Shown: one piece after another, positions 1 through 11,812 of the stretch | Numbering within the stretch: position 1 is the first letter of the stretch | How the letters are laid out: each line of letters begins with the position of its first letter | Assembly (NCBI GenBank): GCA_051942205.1 | Contig: JAVECO010000044.1 | Location: 62,001-126,000 of the forward strand | Direction: 5' to 3' | From: Coniocarpon cinnabarinum | Lineage: Eukaryota | Length of the DNA stretch: 64,000 bases | Made by a program: the position numbers and the translations under genes | The notes under the pieces: model-generated | What the model was told of the DNA's origin: nothing | Database searches by the model: none | What the model saw: only the letters and a program-made list of their open reading frames with translations

Positions 1-441
1 ACAAGCGAAGAGCAAAGCTGGCAGACGAGATGAAGAGTGGGCAAGACCAAGCAGGCTAGCGCCAAAGATGTCGCGTGTCAAGATGGACATGTGAAAAGTG
101 ACGTACCCGCTTTGGGTACTTTGTTCGAGGTTACTAAGTATACATTTGATTCGCGTAGAGGGTTGTAAACATCTTGAACAACGGCCTCTTCCCATTGCCG
201 ACATTCTTTTGCGCGTCCCAGTCATTCTTCTCCACTGCGAACCCTCTTCCGCCCTTCATATTGGCTGGGAGCAATCGCCGGCCGCTCACACGCCCCTGGC
301 CTGCTGTTTTCAGTCCTACGCCTCTTTAAACACCGAGCTGAAGTCTCATCACCAGATACAAGATCGCCAAAAATCTTACTTCCACAGACTCTCATGCGAT
401 AACATTGGTGCAGGGAGCCAAACTCCCGTTCGCGACCCATC

Positions 442-3400
442 ATGACTGAATCCTCCCCGACCCCGAAACCGTCACTGCAACGCAGTTCGACGATGGACGG
501 CAAAGACGACTCTAACCTCTGCCGAATATGTCGAGGAGAAGCTACCGATCAAGAGCCCTTGTTCCATCCGTGCAAATGCAGCGGCAGTATCATGTACGTG
601 CACCAAGAGTGCTTGATGGAATGGCTGTCACATTCTCAAAAAAAGCATTGTGAACTATGCAAGACATCATTTCAGTTCACAAAGCTCTACTCTCCCGAAA
701 TGCCTGAAAGACTCCCACTTGGCATCTTCCTCCGGAGAGCAGCTGTACACACCGTGCAAAATGTCATGCTGTGGATGCGGGGAGGCTTCGTCGCGTGTAC
801 ATGGGCTATCTGGCTTCCTTGGACAATGCGATTTGTTTGGTGGGGTCTTTTTTGGCTGGCCGACGTAGGATGGGTTAAAGACCCACACACATACTCGCGC
901 AATGTTACGGAAATCGCCACGGCCGCATCGCCAGCCGACACGTCAATCGTGCAGGCGAACGCAACCGCGACTGACGCTAATCTAGCTCTGCTGGGAGAGG
1001 TGCTCAAAGGCCCTGTTATTCTCAGGATGACCTCGTACATGTTGCGGTCCTTGGTGACTACACCGGGTAGAGGTGTCCTAAACGACCTTACTCCGGACAA
1101 CCATATGCAGACTTACGTTTTCGGCAGCAACAACTCTACTTCACTGGCGGAACGCGGCACAATTCTTTCAGGCGTCCACTTCCTGAACTCACTCACTCCC
1201 AGTGTAGTTGCCAATCGTGTCATCATTGATGTGCTGGAAGGTCAGATCATCACCCTGGCGCTCGTAGGGCTCATCATTCTCGTCTTGTTGATAAGGGAGT
1301 GGGTGGTGCAGCAGCAACCAATCGTCAACGCTGTGAACGACAACGAGGACGTTAGACAAGCTCTTCAGAGACATGCTCGTGAAGGCGAGCGGCCACAACG
1401 ACATCGCCCTCGCCCTGGTCGCCGACGGACAAGCACAATCCTACGCGATACCGACAACCTTGTCAAAGTGATTCTTGAAGAACAAGCGCAACAGGATGCT
1501 GTACGTCCCGATCTAGCAAAGGCGGAGATGAATTATATACGCAGACTTCATACCACAGTCGCTTCCAAGCGCAAAGTCTTCCTCACGATTGATACAACAC
1601 GTGCACTGGCTGAGCCTCTGGACAATGACAAGCAGCATTCTGTACTCAACGAGGTCAACGAGACATTCCATGCATTGCGTTGGACGTATGCAGACGCCGT
1701 TGGTAACGAGGACCTGGACAAGCTCAAATCGCTCAGAACTGCACTACGTCTCTACCGTAAAACATTGGACATTCTGCCGTATGAACTCACCGCGTCAACA
1801 AGAAAAGATACAGAAGAGATGAAAGCATCGCTCAAAAGCATGATGAAGGTGTTCAAGCTCAAGCACTCGATAGACAATGGGTTTGGGACACCAAGACCAC
1901 CCCCCGCAAACAGAAGCTTGCTTGATGCGCCGCAAACTACGGCCTCCGAGCTCACGCCAGTCCCTCAGGAGCCTGAGGACCGAGACCAGACTTCAACAAG
2001 CAGGCCGATCATGCCGCCAAGAAATGAGTCCTCTGTCGCCACCAATATTCAGCGCAATCTCGAAGAGGGCGTACCAGACAGCGCTATAATTGCCAACAGT
2101 GCTCCAGACAACGTGAAAATTGACATCTCTCGCGACTCCAGGGATCCGACAACTCAGGAAGAAGATGAACTTTCCGACGCCGACGGATATGAGAATATAG
2201 AGCAGATGACCGACGACATAATCAAGGAAAGCGTGGATGCAGCCATCGGTCCTGCTGAGCAATCTGCGCAGGACAGTGCCCGTATCCCTATGTCTGACAT
2301 CGGCGAAGGACAGGGGCTTCAAAATGGACTTCCAGGTGTTCCAGATGCGTCACCTTCAACACCAAAGCCGAACCATGCGGACTCTATGGCGCCCGTTCTG
2401 AAATCAGAGCATAGGCCTGAAACTTCAAATCCAACAAGCGCAACCTCTCATGCTGCAAGTCAAAGCAACGAAGAAGTGGTGACGCCACGCATCCATGAGC
2501 AAGACGCAGCTAATCACGCAGAAGAGAAAAGTTTAACCGAGCGTGCAACAGGTTGGTTTTGGGGAGATCTTGACGACAGTCAACAGGGAGAAGACGATCG
2601 CGAGGAGCAAATTGTCAACGCGAACGGGCCAGGAGCCCAAGCTCGAAACGAAGCTGCCCAGCAACACGATCGGGATGATGAAGGTGCTGCTGATATCGCA
2701 GCAGAAACACGTGATCACGAGCAGAATGACCCCGTGCCCGTAGAACAAGCTCAAGCTCAAGCCCAAGCCCAAGCCGCTGGCCTGTTTGGGGACGTGGAAG
2801 GCATAGACGACGCTGAAGATTTAGAGGGCTTTCTCGAGCTGATTGGTATGCAAGGACCGCTTACCAACCTCTTCACAAATGCAATGTTTGCTTCGGTCTT
2901 CGTATCGTGCACCGTTGTCATTTCGGTATGGGTACCATTCATTCTCGGCAAGATCGCTCTCATTGCGATGGCGCATCCCATATCTGTCATTGAAACACCG
3001 ATGGCCGGAGTCAGCTATCTGAGCAATGTCGTTTACGATGTCACCGTTCTAATAACCGCGAGCACTTTGAAATGGATGTTGTTGTACCCGCTGATGATGG
3101 TATTCAACGGCACATACAACTGGATGCCTGCGTCGATGACGTCTCCAGGATTTTGGCACAATGCGGACATGTCAATAACAGATTTGATAAGCAAGGCAAC
3201 GGCCAGGCTAGTAGAAACGTTCCGCACGACCATCCAGGGCACAGACGTCGCATATTCTGCTTTGACGTATGACTCACATGCTGCTGTTCGATCTTTCCAG
3301 AATTTTGCCATATTATCCGGTCGTCAGATTGGGACATTGCTAGGAAACGTGGCTAGCCTATCGTCCACCTCTTTTGACGACGTTACATCAGCTCTTCAGT

Positions 3401-5448
3401 CGTTTTGCGCCTGCAGCACAGCCCTTCTCTCGGACCTACCATTACAATTCTCATCCATGAATCTGACGATATCATACAAGATTCCCAACTTCGTGCAAGA
3501 CTCGACTGCACTGGCTCCAAGATGGACGGCTCTGGACCGCGGTCTGGCCATCACCCTGGGATACACTTTTGTCGCCATACTTGCTGCAATATACTACATG
3601 CGTCTAGCACCCCTTGCACGCGGTCGCCAGAACAGGAAGATCGAAACCACAATTATAGAGATCTTGCAGCAAGCCGGTGGTATCACGAAAGTCGTTCTCA
3701 TAATCAGTATCGAGATGCTTGTCTTCCCTCTGTACTGCGGTCTTCTACTCGACGTTGCAATGTTACCGCTCTTTCAGGATACGGGCGTGAACGACCGCTT
3801 TGAATGGTCGAAGAAGTCACCTTGGATATCATTGTTCGTTCACTGGTTCTTGGGCACGGCATACATGTTTCATTTCGCCTTGTTCGTTGCAATGTGCCGG
3901 AAGATGTTTCGGAAGGGCGTATTGTACTTCATACGCGACCCCGATGATCCAACCTTCCACCCCGTTCGAGACGTCCTTGATAGAACCGTGGCCTCGCAAT
4001 TGAAGAAGATACTTTCCAGTGCTGTTCTTTACGGTGGCCTTGTCATAGTATGCATCGGCACCTTGGTTTGGAGTCTCGGCTATGGTTTGCGTGGCATCTT
4101 ACCTATTCAATGGAGGCCTACTGGAGCTGCAAATGCTTTTCCATTCGATCTCGTCATCTACATGTTGGTGCGACCACTCGCTATCAAGCATTTCACTTTG
4201 TCTGAGTGGCTCCAAGATTTCTACAAATCCTTCTTTCGAAAATCTGCTCAGTCTCTGCGTCTCACACATTTCCTTTTTGGCGAGGAAAAAGAAGACGAAC
4301 GTGGCCCGGTCGAGAGGCGAGGCTTCACGCTGCAGCCGAAGAACGGCAAATGGCTGCGTGTTCCGGCGAACGACGGTGTACGCTTTCCTCGTGGGGTTTC
4401 AGCGTTTGTCGAGGTTGATGAGGATGGCAAGAGACTAGATGGTAGCCCTGAGCCGCCATACCCAGCTGGCAAAAGTTTCAAAGAGGAGGATCATCGCAAG
4501 ATCTTTGTCCCACACCACTTCGGTCTGAAGTTATTGGCATTCGTGGCTAGCGTGTGGACTGTGACTGCTCTGGTGGGAATAGTGTTCACGATTTTGCCAC
4601 TCCTTCTTGGTCGGCTTGTGCTGCACCTGGTTTTCCCGGGAGCTCCCATCAATGATATATACGCATTCTCTATCGGGATTTTCCTGGATTGCTCTGGTAT
4701 CTCCACATTCATTAATGCAAAGGTCAGAGCTGACGCGAGCATTAAAGACGCAAACGATGAAACTGGTCCTGCTTCGAGAAAGGATCACAGCCTGCGCAAT
4801 CGCCTTCAGCAGGTGCTCTCAAGCTCGATGAGCGCATGTCGAGTTCACGCACCCAAGATCATACGTTGCTGTTACGTTTTCGGCATTCTTTGCGGACTGA
4901 GTGCGCTGGCGCTATCGGCCATGCTTCACCTATACATTCTGAACCCTGCGGTGGCACTTCTTCATGACCGAGAACATCCGCATGTCATCAAAATTTCAGA
5001 ATCATTGGTTCTAGGGACGCAGCTTGTCCGCACTCTGGGGTCCATTTTAATGCGTTATGAGTGGCGCATTTCTCGAGCCTTACACACCACGCTTGAGGAT
5101 GGAGTCTGGAACCCGAAGCCTGCAGTGGCGACCAGATACGTCTTCTTGCCAGTCGCACTTCTGAGCAGCAGTGTGCTTTTACTACCAACAGTACTTGGAC
5201 GGCTCGTTATCAGTCTGATGCAGCTTCCGTCTGAGAGTGACATGGCAAGGGACGTGCAGATTTTCATCTACCCTGCATTACTAAGCGTCGTCGTCTTTGC
5301 GCTGTTTACCGGTCTACTCATCCGCGCAACTGGCCGGTGGCGTATGCGTATACGCGATGAAGTATTCCTTATTGGTGAGCGACTTCACAACTACGGCGAG
5401 AAGAAGCCTCCACCTGATGCTCCTCACTCAACGGCCCGTCTTGTATGA
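442..5448 (+). CDS. SSM4: ERAD E3 ubiquitin ligase, Doa10/SSM4/MARCH6 family
   Basis: 1668-aa ORF with N-terminal RING-CH (CRICRGEATDQEPLFHPCKCSGSIMYVHQECLMEWLSHSQKKHCELC), conserved TD-domain stretch (RKGVLYFIRDPDDPTFHPVRDVL), many TM helices and C-terminal IRDEVFLIGERLHNY. Confidence 0.95.
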   Translation: MTESSPTPKPSLQRSSTMDGKDDSNLCRICRGEATDQEPLFHPCKCSGSIMYVHQECLMEWLSHSQKKHCELCKTSFQFTKLYSPEMPERLPLGIFLRRAAVHTVQNVMLWMRGGFVACTWAIWLPWTMRFVWWGLFWLADVGWVKDPHTYSRNVTEIATAASPADTSIVQANATATDANLALLGEVLKGPVILRMTSYMLRSLVTTPGRGVLNDLTPDNHMQTYVFGSNNSTSLAERGTILSGVHFLNSLTPSVVANRVIIDVLEGQIITLALVGLIILVLLIREWVVQQQPIVNAVNDNEDVRQALQRHAREGERPQRHRPRPGRRRTSTILRDTDNLVKVILEEQAQQDAVRPDLAKAEMNYIRRLHTTVASKRKVFLTIDTTRALAEPLDNDKQHSVLNEVNETFHALRWTYADAVGNEDLDKLKSLRTALRLYRKTLDILPYELTASTRKDTEEMKASLKSMMKVFKLKHSIDNGFGTPRPPPANRSLLDAPQTTASELTPVPQEPEDRDQTSTSRPIMPPRNESSVATNIQRNLEEGVPDSAIIANSAPDNVKIDISRDSRDPTTQEEDELSDADGYENIEQMTDDIIKESVDAAIGPAEQSAQDSARIPMSDIGEGQGLQNGLPGVPDASPSTPKPNHADSMAPVLKSEHRPETSNPTSATSHAASQSNEEVVTPRIHEQDAANHAEEKSLTERATGWFWGDLDDSQQGEDDREEQIVNANGPGAQARNEAAQQHDRDDEGAADIAAETRDHEQNDPVPVEQAQAQAQAQAAGLFGDVEGIDDAEDLEGFLELIGMQGPLTNLFTNAMFASVFVSCTVVISVWVPFILGKIALIAMAHPISVIETPMAGVSYLSNVVYDVTVLITASTLKWMLLYPLMMVFNGTYNWMPASMTSPGFWHNADMSITDLISKATARLVETFRTTIQGTDVAYSALTYDSHAAVRSFQNFAILSGRQIGTLLGNVASLSSTSFDDVTSALQSFCACSTALLSDLPLQFSSMNLTISYKIPNFVQDSTALAPRWTALDRGLAITLGYTFVAILAAIYYMRLAPLARGRQNRKIETTIIEILQQAGGITKVVLIISIEMLVFPLYCGLLLDVAMLPLFQDTGVNDRFEWSKKSPWISLFVHWFLGTAYMFHFALFVAMCRKMFRKGVLYFIRDPDDPTFHPVRDVLDRTVASQLKKILSSAVLYGGLVIVCIGTLVWSLGYGLRGILPIQWRPTGAANAFPFDLVIYMLVRPLAIKHFTLSEWLQDFYKSFFRKSAQSLRLTHFLFGEEKEDERGPVERRGFTLQPKNGKWLRVPANDGVRFPRGVSAFVEVDEDGKRLDGSPEPPYPAGKSFKEEDHRKIFVPHHFGLKLLAFVASVWTVTALVGIVFTILPLLLGRLVLHLVFPGAPINDIYAFSIGIFLDCSGISTFINAKVRADASIKDANDETGPASRKDHSLRNRLQQVLSSSMSACRVHAPKIIRCCYVFGILCGLSALALSAMLHLYILNPAVALLHDREHPHVIKISESLVLGTQLVRTLGSILMRYEWRISRALHTTLEDGVWNPKPAVATRYVFLPVALLSSSVLLLPTVLGRLVISLMQLPSESDMARDVQIFIYPALLSVVVFALFTGLLIRATGRWRMRIRDEVFLIGERLHNYGEKKPPPDAPHSTARLV

Positions 5449-5666
5449 TAGAGTGAATAGACAATTGTATAGATAACACCCTGCGAAGCTTTGTTCGCCT
5501 AGCGTGATTCCCCTGAGTCCTACCGACTCTCAGACCCTGCCAGAATTTTGTTGGCGTAGCAACAAACATGCACGTGACACACCAAACAATGCCGATCGAA
5601 ATGTATGATCTTAGCTATGGACTGAATCCAGACAACTATATTCCAGAGACGTAAAGACGCCTAGAT

Positions 5667-7628
5667 ATGCCTCAAGTCTATGGAAAGAGACGTCAAAACC
5701 GACCAAACTTTTCCCACATTTTCGCAGACACACCAACGCCCGAGAAGGGGCACCCAGAAACCAATCCTTGGCCATTACCGGACGAGACTGTCAGAGTCGA
5801 GGATCCAATATCCACCTGTGCACTGGAAACAGACTTGCAGAATTTGAGTATTCATGGCGAAAGAGAGTTGAGCCTCATCAGCGCCAGTGCTACACCGAGT
5901 GATATCCCTAGTCCTGTGAGGAGGCTGAGACGCAAAGCTCTACAAGATTCTGATGGTAACGTCAGAAGAAGTCCGAGGATCAAGAAGAAGCATGAAGATG
6001 ATGACTCTTCGACTAGTCCCACTCGCAAAGCCTTTGAAAGGACTGAGCGACGAGATGCAGGTCCTCAAGCCAGGACGCCATCACGTGAGGCTACAGATTC
6101 GAGTGCCCCGTCCTCTGTTCAGGTCTCAGAGGTCCTCACACCCACGTTGCCGCTTGATGAGGCCTTATCACACTCACTACTTCTGCCATCGTGTCCATCG
6201 ATTCTGCCTGCAGATGTCCAGCTCCATGTTGCGCCGCTCCTCAATCTCACCTCTACGACACCAACCAGCTTCTCGAACTGGGCCTCACAGCTCACAACCC
6301 ACTTCGCCATCACCAAAATCGCAGAAGCCTCCTACGGCGAGGTCTACCGCCTCAGTCTCCAGGAACCGCACCCGGACTTCAACACCGCCCATGAGTCCGT
6401 CCTCAAGCTCATTGCTCTGAAGCCACCCACTCCACAACTCGACAAGCTCACCTGCAGACAAAGAGAACGCGTGGCTGCCATGTCCTCGCCTGAAGCGGTA
6501 GCAAGCGAAGTCCGCCTCCTCAAGCACATGAGCCCCACGCCCGGCTTTGCACAGTTCCGCGACCTCCGCATCATCTCAGGTGCCATGCCTGCGCCATTCG
6601 TCATAGCATGGCGCAGTTACGACAAGAACGTCAAGAAGTCCGAGTTCCCGGATCCAGGCCGGAAGCAGGCGTATGCAGAGGATCAGCTCTGGGCCGTCGT
6701 GGAGATGCAAGATGCCGGTGATGATCTGGAAGACAAGTCCGTCCCGAGTATTTTCGTGGTGTGGGATATCTTTTGGGCTGTGGCCTGTGCGCTGGCGAAA
6801 GGTGAGGTTGCGTCGGGATTTGAGCATCGGGACTTGCACACGGGCAACGTTTGCGTGAGATGGCCGGACGTGTTTCACAAGGGGACTCTGCAAGCTGGAT
6901 GGCGGGACAAGAAGCTCGGTCTGACGGGTGTGGACGTGACGTTGATCGACTACACTCTTTCCCGCGCGCAGGTATCAAGCGATGGCGCACAAGACGACCT
7001 CGCATACTTGGACCTCGAAAAGGATCTCGATGTCTTCGAAGGCGACGGCGATAAAGACTATCAATATGATATCTACCGATACATGCGGAGCGCGGTACTC
7101 TACGGCGACGCCGTCGCTGATATTGAACCACCCTCACTGTCCACTGTCCCACGCTCGCGACGAGGAAAGCAAAAAGACCCGTGGCGTGCGCATAATCCGG
7201 TGACCAATCTGATATGGCTCCATTTCATTCTCTACGAATTGACGGAACAGCTTGAAGAGTGGCCCTCTTCCCTTCCTGCAAAGAAAAGAAAAGCCATGCC
7301 GAAGGATGAGTACACCGCCGCGCTTGATCTGGAAGGCAAGGTCCACGAATTGTGGGCACTGTTGGATTTGGAGGCGATGAAGGAGAGATGGGTCGATGAA
7401 GGAGTGGGCAGTGCAGCGGGATTAGTAGGCTGGGCCGTTGAGGAAGGATGGCTGGGTGCTGATGATGTATTGGGATGTGGAGGCAATGAGGAAGAAGTCG
7501 GCGAGTTTGCGCAAACTGAGGAGGGGTTGGAACAGAAGATGGCAAGGCTGGATATTGGAAAGGGGAGTGATGGTGCGTGTCATGAAGCTACAAAGGCGAG
7601 GAGAGGTCGGCCGCGAAAAGCTCGATAA
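5667..7628 (+). CDS. Haspin-family protein kinase
   Basis: 653-aa ORF with KIAEASYGEVY, FEHRDLHTGNVC, TLIDYTLSRA and YQYDIYRYMR, the diagnostic haspin motifs, after a disordered N-terminus. Confidence 0.92.
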   Translation: MPQVYGKRRQNRPNFSHIFADTPTPEKGHPETNPWPLPDETVRVEDPISTCALETDLQNLSIHGERELSLISASATPSDIPSPVRRLRRKALQDSDGNVRRSPRIKKKHEDDDSSTSPTRKAFERTERRDAGPQARTPSREATDSSAPSSVQVSEVLTPTLPLDEALSHSLLLPSCPSILPADVQLHVAPLLNLTSTTPTSFSNWASQLTTHFAITKIAEASYGEVYRLSLQEPHPDFNTAHESVLKLIALKPPTPQLDKLTCRQRERVAAMSSPEAVASEVRLLKHMSPTPGFAQFRDLRIISGAMPAPFVIAWRSYDKNVKKSEFPDPGRKQAYAEDQLWAVVEMQDAGDDLEDKSVPSIFVVWDIFWAVACALAKGEVASGFEHRDLHTGNVCVRWPDVFHKGTLQAGWRDKKLGLTGVDVTLIDYTLSRAQVSSDGAQDDLAYLDLEKDLDVFEGDGDKDYQYDIYRYMRSAVLYGDAVADIEPPSLSTVPRSRRGKQKDPWRAHNPVTNLIWLHFILYELTEQLEEWPSSLPAKKRKAMPKDEYTAALDLEGKVHELWALLDLEAMKERWVDEGVGSAAGLVGWAVEEGWLGADDVLGCGGNEEEVGEFAQTEEGLEQKMARLDIGKGSDGACHEATKARRGRPRKAR

Positions 7629-7911
7629 TGGAGCGAGCGTTCGCATGACTTGGACGCATGAGTTGCATTTGGAAAGAGCGTTCTCTTTGGCATAGCGTGG
7701 CGTTGTAAATCAATGGGCATCCGGGAGAGTGGCCATGAAGTAAATTCTCAAGTATCTTAGCGGTAATATTTGCAATAATTCCTCCGCATTCTCGAAAGAC
7801 GTGCGCTGATATTTCTTTGCAAATGCGAAATCTTTCCGAACGCGAGACGTCTCTGATAAAAGTCGTGCACGCAGAAGTCGGCCCGAGATCACCATGATGG
7901 CCAGGGCATTA

Positions 7912-8399
7912 CAGCGCTTTTCATAAAGACTGACAATGGTTGGTCCGTGCACTGCTGCACACGCACACATCTCCTGAGGTCAACGTTGTCGCCAACGTCG
8001 CCGCCGACGTCGCCGCTGACGCTGCCGCTAACCTTATTTTTAGTGATATTAAGATAGATAGTCTATACGAGCCTATTACTCCTTTTTCCGCCTTCTTCTA
8101 CGCTCTTGCGGTAATAATATAAGTTACATAGTTGAAAGGAACTTAGGCAGGGTAGATAGGGGCAGGGTAGATACGGGCAGGGTAAGCTAACGTAAAAATT
8201 CTTCTTATAGCACAAGTATTAGAAAACAACGCCGCAAGTACGTAGAAGAAGACGGAAGAAGCAGTAATAGGCTTGTATAGACTATCTATCTTAATATTAC
8301 TAGAAACGAGGTTAGCGGCAGCGTCAGCGGCGACGTCGGCGGCGACGTTGGCGCTCAGGAGATGTGTGTGTGTGCAGCAGTGCACGGACCAACCATTGT
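7912..8399. mobile_element. MITE, copy 1 (Tc1/mariner-like, right terminus truncated)
   Basis: Starts TA|CAGCGCTTTTCATAAAGACTGACAATGGTTGGTCCGTGCAC; long inverted arms; central GGCAGGGTA repeats; homologous to 59063-59561; the right arm stops at ...GGACCAACCATTGT and lacks the last ~21 nt. Confidence 0.88.
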
Positions 8400-9043
8400 G
8401 TTACCAGAGGGAAGAAGACAAAGTCACGTACTGTGGACCCAGGGTCCAGAAACACAGGGGAGTGAAAATGTGCCACGAAACTTGGACCTACCTATGTATC
8501 ATCCGGAAACACCCCACGGCTCAATCGAGGATAGAATGGCTGGCACACGCCATAGGTACGGAGAGGCCTATCTCACAGATACCTTGGTACATCTGCAAGG
8601 CGAACGTCCGTCAAGTCTGCACCTCGTATCACGTATCATCTGGTGAGCAGGGCGCGAGCTGATCGACGGAGGCAGGTGTCTACTGATACTCGCTTATTCT
8701 CCTAAGCCTCTGCTCGAGCTGCTGATCTGGTGCCGTATTCAACTTTCCCTGTTTTCTTATTACTTGAGGTTTGAACAACACGTGACTTGTAGTCTGCATC
8801 TTCTGTAGCGCTGTTGACCCATCTCTGCCCCGTGGTGTTGTTACCCATCTCAGGGGGGATCTAATGCGATAGGCTTGTGCTTGCGGGCTAGCAACCCTTT
8901 CTACAGTCATGTATCAGCGAAACGTGTAGTATTGCTTAGATAAAAGGACCCACAGGAAAATACAGAGCGTGGTAATCGAGGCGCGAAAGAGACGTCCAAT
9001 CCCTTCCCTCAGGCTTCTAGTTGAGTTCCTGAGCGAGCTGAAA

Positions 9044-10794
9044 ATGAGCAATCAAGAGGATTCCAATGACTCAGCAGATAAGCCCAAAGCCCAAAGCATT
9101 GACGAAAAGGCTCAGGCTGTTCTAGACAATGATCACCAAGATGACGCCTCACCAAAACCTACAATCGCCAGTGCCCTTGCCACTTGGGCGGCCGTCTCAA
9201 CACTGGTAATGCTCGTATGGCTCGACGAAGGTATAGTCGCGACGGCCATCCCGAGCATCTCCAACCAATTCAACGCTCTATCCGATGTCGGATGGTACGG
9301 CTCGTCGTACTTATTCGCGCTCTGTTCATTTCAACTACCATTCGGCAAGATCTATAAAGACTTCGCATTGCGCACTACCTTCTTCACGACCTTAGTCGTG
9401 TTTGAAGTGGGATCGATCGTGCAAGCGTCCAGCCAATCGTCAGCAGCATTTATTGTGGGAAGAGTCATTGCTGGTGTTGGAGGTGCTGGGGTGTTAACGG
9501 GTATTCTGGTTATCTTTTCCGAGTGTATGCCGAAGCGGTATGTGCCTTTTGCTATGGGCAGCATTGGATGGGTTTACGGCATTGGAGTTGTGGCAGGGCC
9601 GATTCTTGGTGGTGTGATCACGAAGAGCTCCCTAACGTGGAGATGGTGCGCGCATCGTTCGTAGCGCATCGTTCCCTGATATCTACACTAACTAGTCGCA
9701 GGTGCTTCTGGATCAACCCTATAGCTGCTTGCCCTGCCACAATCGTGGCGCTTGTTCTACTCAAGGTTCCAAGACGAGCTTCTCAAACCAAGTCAACTTT
9801 CGTTCGCTTGGCTGAGCTCGACTATATCGGGACGATGACCTTCATTCCAACGGTTGTCTGCTTCCTGGCTGCACTACAAATCGGAGGTACATCAGGGGCC
9901 TGGTCAAACTGGCGACCCATCGTCTTATTCGTGGTTTCGGGAGTGCTTCTTACAGTATTCCTCGCTTCACAGTGGTTCCAACACGAGAAAGCAATGCTGC
10001 CATTGCGAGTAGCTTGTATGAGAGTCACAGTTTGCTCTATACTATTTACCGCAACGTTCGACGGAGCGTGGTTCTTACTCGAATACTACGTATGTTCTTG
10101 ACCACCCCGGGGCCCAAAGGACCTCTGAAGAAACTAATGCTCTGGCATGTAGCTTCCAATCTGGTTCCAAGCGGTCCGCAACCTCTCACCAGAGGAGTCA
10201 GCAGTACACACCTTAGCCTTCGTCGTCCCTGTCATCTTTAGCATCTTAGTCTCAGGCATCCTGGTTGGAAAGCTTGAGACCTTCATCCCCTTCATGGCGA
10301 TAGGGTCAGCACTGCTCGCAATAGGGTGTGGCCTTCTCACCACCCTAACAAGCCATGCACGATTTGTCCGCTGGTTCTTATTTCAAGCCATAGCTGGTTT
10401 CGGCGCGGGGGCAGCCACGCAACTGCCTCTGATAGCTGTCCAGGGCGTGCTGAGTCCAAGCGATGTTCCAATCGGTATCTCGATCGTGCTTACATTTGGG
10501 TACTTAGGCTCCTCGGTTGCTGTCTCAGGTGGCGAAACGATCCTGGCGAGTCGCTTTAGACATTTCTTGCGACCGACGTTTGCCGAGGATCGTATCAGTG
10601 AGTTTGAGAAGGCCGGCGCGACCAACTTTCGGAACCTTGCTCGTCCTCAGGAGATGGATGCTGTGGTTTCGGCTTTCAATGATGCTTTGGTGGAAACCTT
10701 CTATGTCTCCGTCGCCTTAGCCACCGCGTCATTGTTTTGTGCTTGCATGTACGGGAAGAAGCATGTACGGATTCCCAGCACCGTGTCTGTTTAA
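9044..10794 (+). CDS. MFS drug:H+ antiporter (DHA2, 14-TM) efflux pump
   Basis: Motifs LDEGIVATAIPSISNQFNALSDVGWYGSSYL, FIVGRVIAGVGGAG and GPILGGVIT...WRW(C)FWINP; three exons with introns near 9646-9701 and 10090-10152. Confidence 0.9.
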
Positions 10795-11812
10795 AAGTAT
10801 GGTTAAGCCAGAGCTGCTACTGATTGATAAACGTCATGTTGCTTCTCGGCATACACCTTGGACCTCCTGCAAACTTATGTGCATCAAACTCAGGTGAAGG
10901 AAGGTATCAAACACAACGCATTCGCGGATTGGCCCGTGCCAGACTTTCTTAATCATCGAATAAGATGGATAGCCAAGCCAGCCATTGATTGAATGCGCAT
11001 CACAGAGCAGCCACACTGAACGTGCATGAGCTCGATATACGACTTGCTCCCAAGATAATTCCGAAGCAATCTCGTACGTGTACCATGACTCATTCATCCA
11101 AAATGGCTCACAGCGTTTGAAAAGGCACGGCCCGGAACGTCGGACCGGGCAGACCACCTCGAAGGCGCACAGCTTCGTCATCCAGATGCACAATCCTACA
11201 AATCCAGCATGAATCCCGGATCGGGTGATTGCTGCATGAGCCGTCACACAAGGCAAACACGGCTCGAGTCAGCATAGCCAATGGCGAAGTGACTCGGCTA
11301 TTTACCGGTTTATCAGCAAACAGGTACTTGTGAATACTTGAGCTACTTGTTCGCTGCTGTGACAGCGGCTGAAGGTCACATGTGGCGAGGCTAACATTTG
11401 CCTGTCACGGCGATCTATCGTGTTGCTTTGCAGCTTGATCGGCGATTTGATGCAGTCTTGATCAATTCCTCCAATGAGCATGGTGTACAGGTGGCAAGCT
11501 AGGATAGGGGGAACTCAGCTCGATGCCATTCAAGCTGGTCTTCATTGAATTTGCATGTATGTAGCAATTCAGTGGCGGGTTTGTGAGCATTGCGATGGCT
11601 GTGGCACAGTAATGTGAGTAATGACAGCATGGTGGATGGTAACGCAACGGGATCGCACGTCTGATTTTTACTGAGCTCAAGCAGTGTGTTCATTTCGGCA
11701 CGATGTTGAAGAACATCTATCTTGCGTGTTAGAATGTCGACGTCGTTCCTAGAAACAATGTCGACTTCGTCCCTAGACCCAATGTCGCAGTTCGTTCTGA
11801 GCTTGAGTTTTG

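Noticed and set aside
2745..2775. QA dipeptide run in the Doa10-like gene
   Set aside because: Ordinary low-complexity microsatellite in a disordered loop
7940..8662. Ala-rich ORFs (VAADVAADAAA), also at 59210-59552
   Set aside because: Artefacts of GACGTCGCC repeats inside the MITE arms
10834..11256. 140-aa minus-strand ORF between the MFS gene and the precursor
   Set aside because: Non-ATG start, no recognisable motif, random-looking composition
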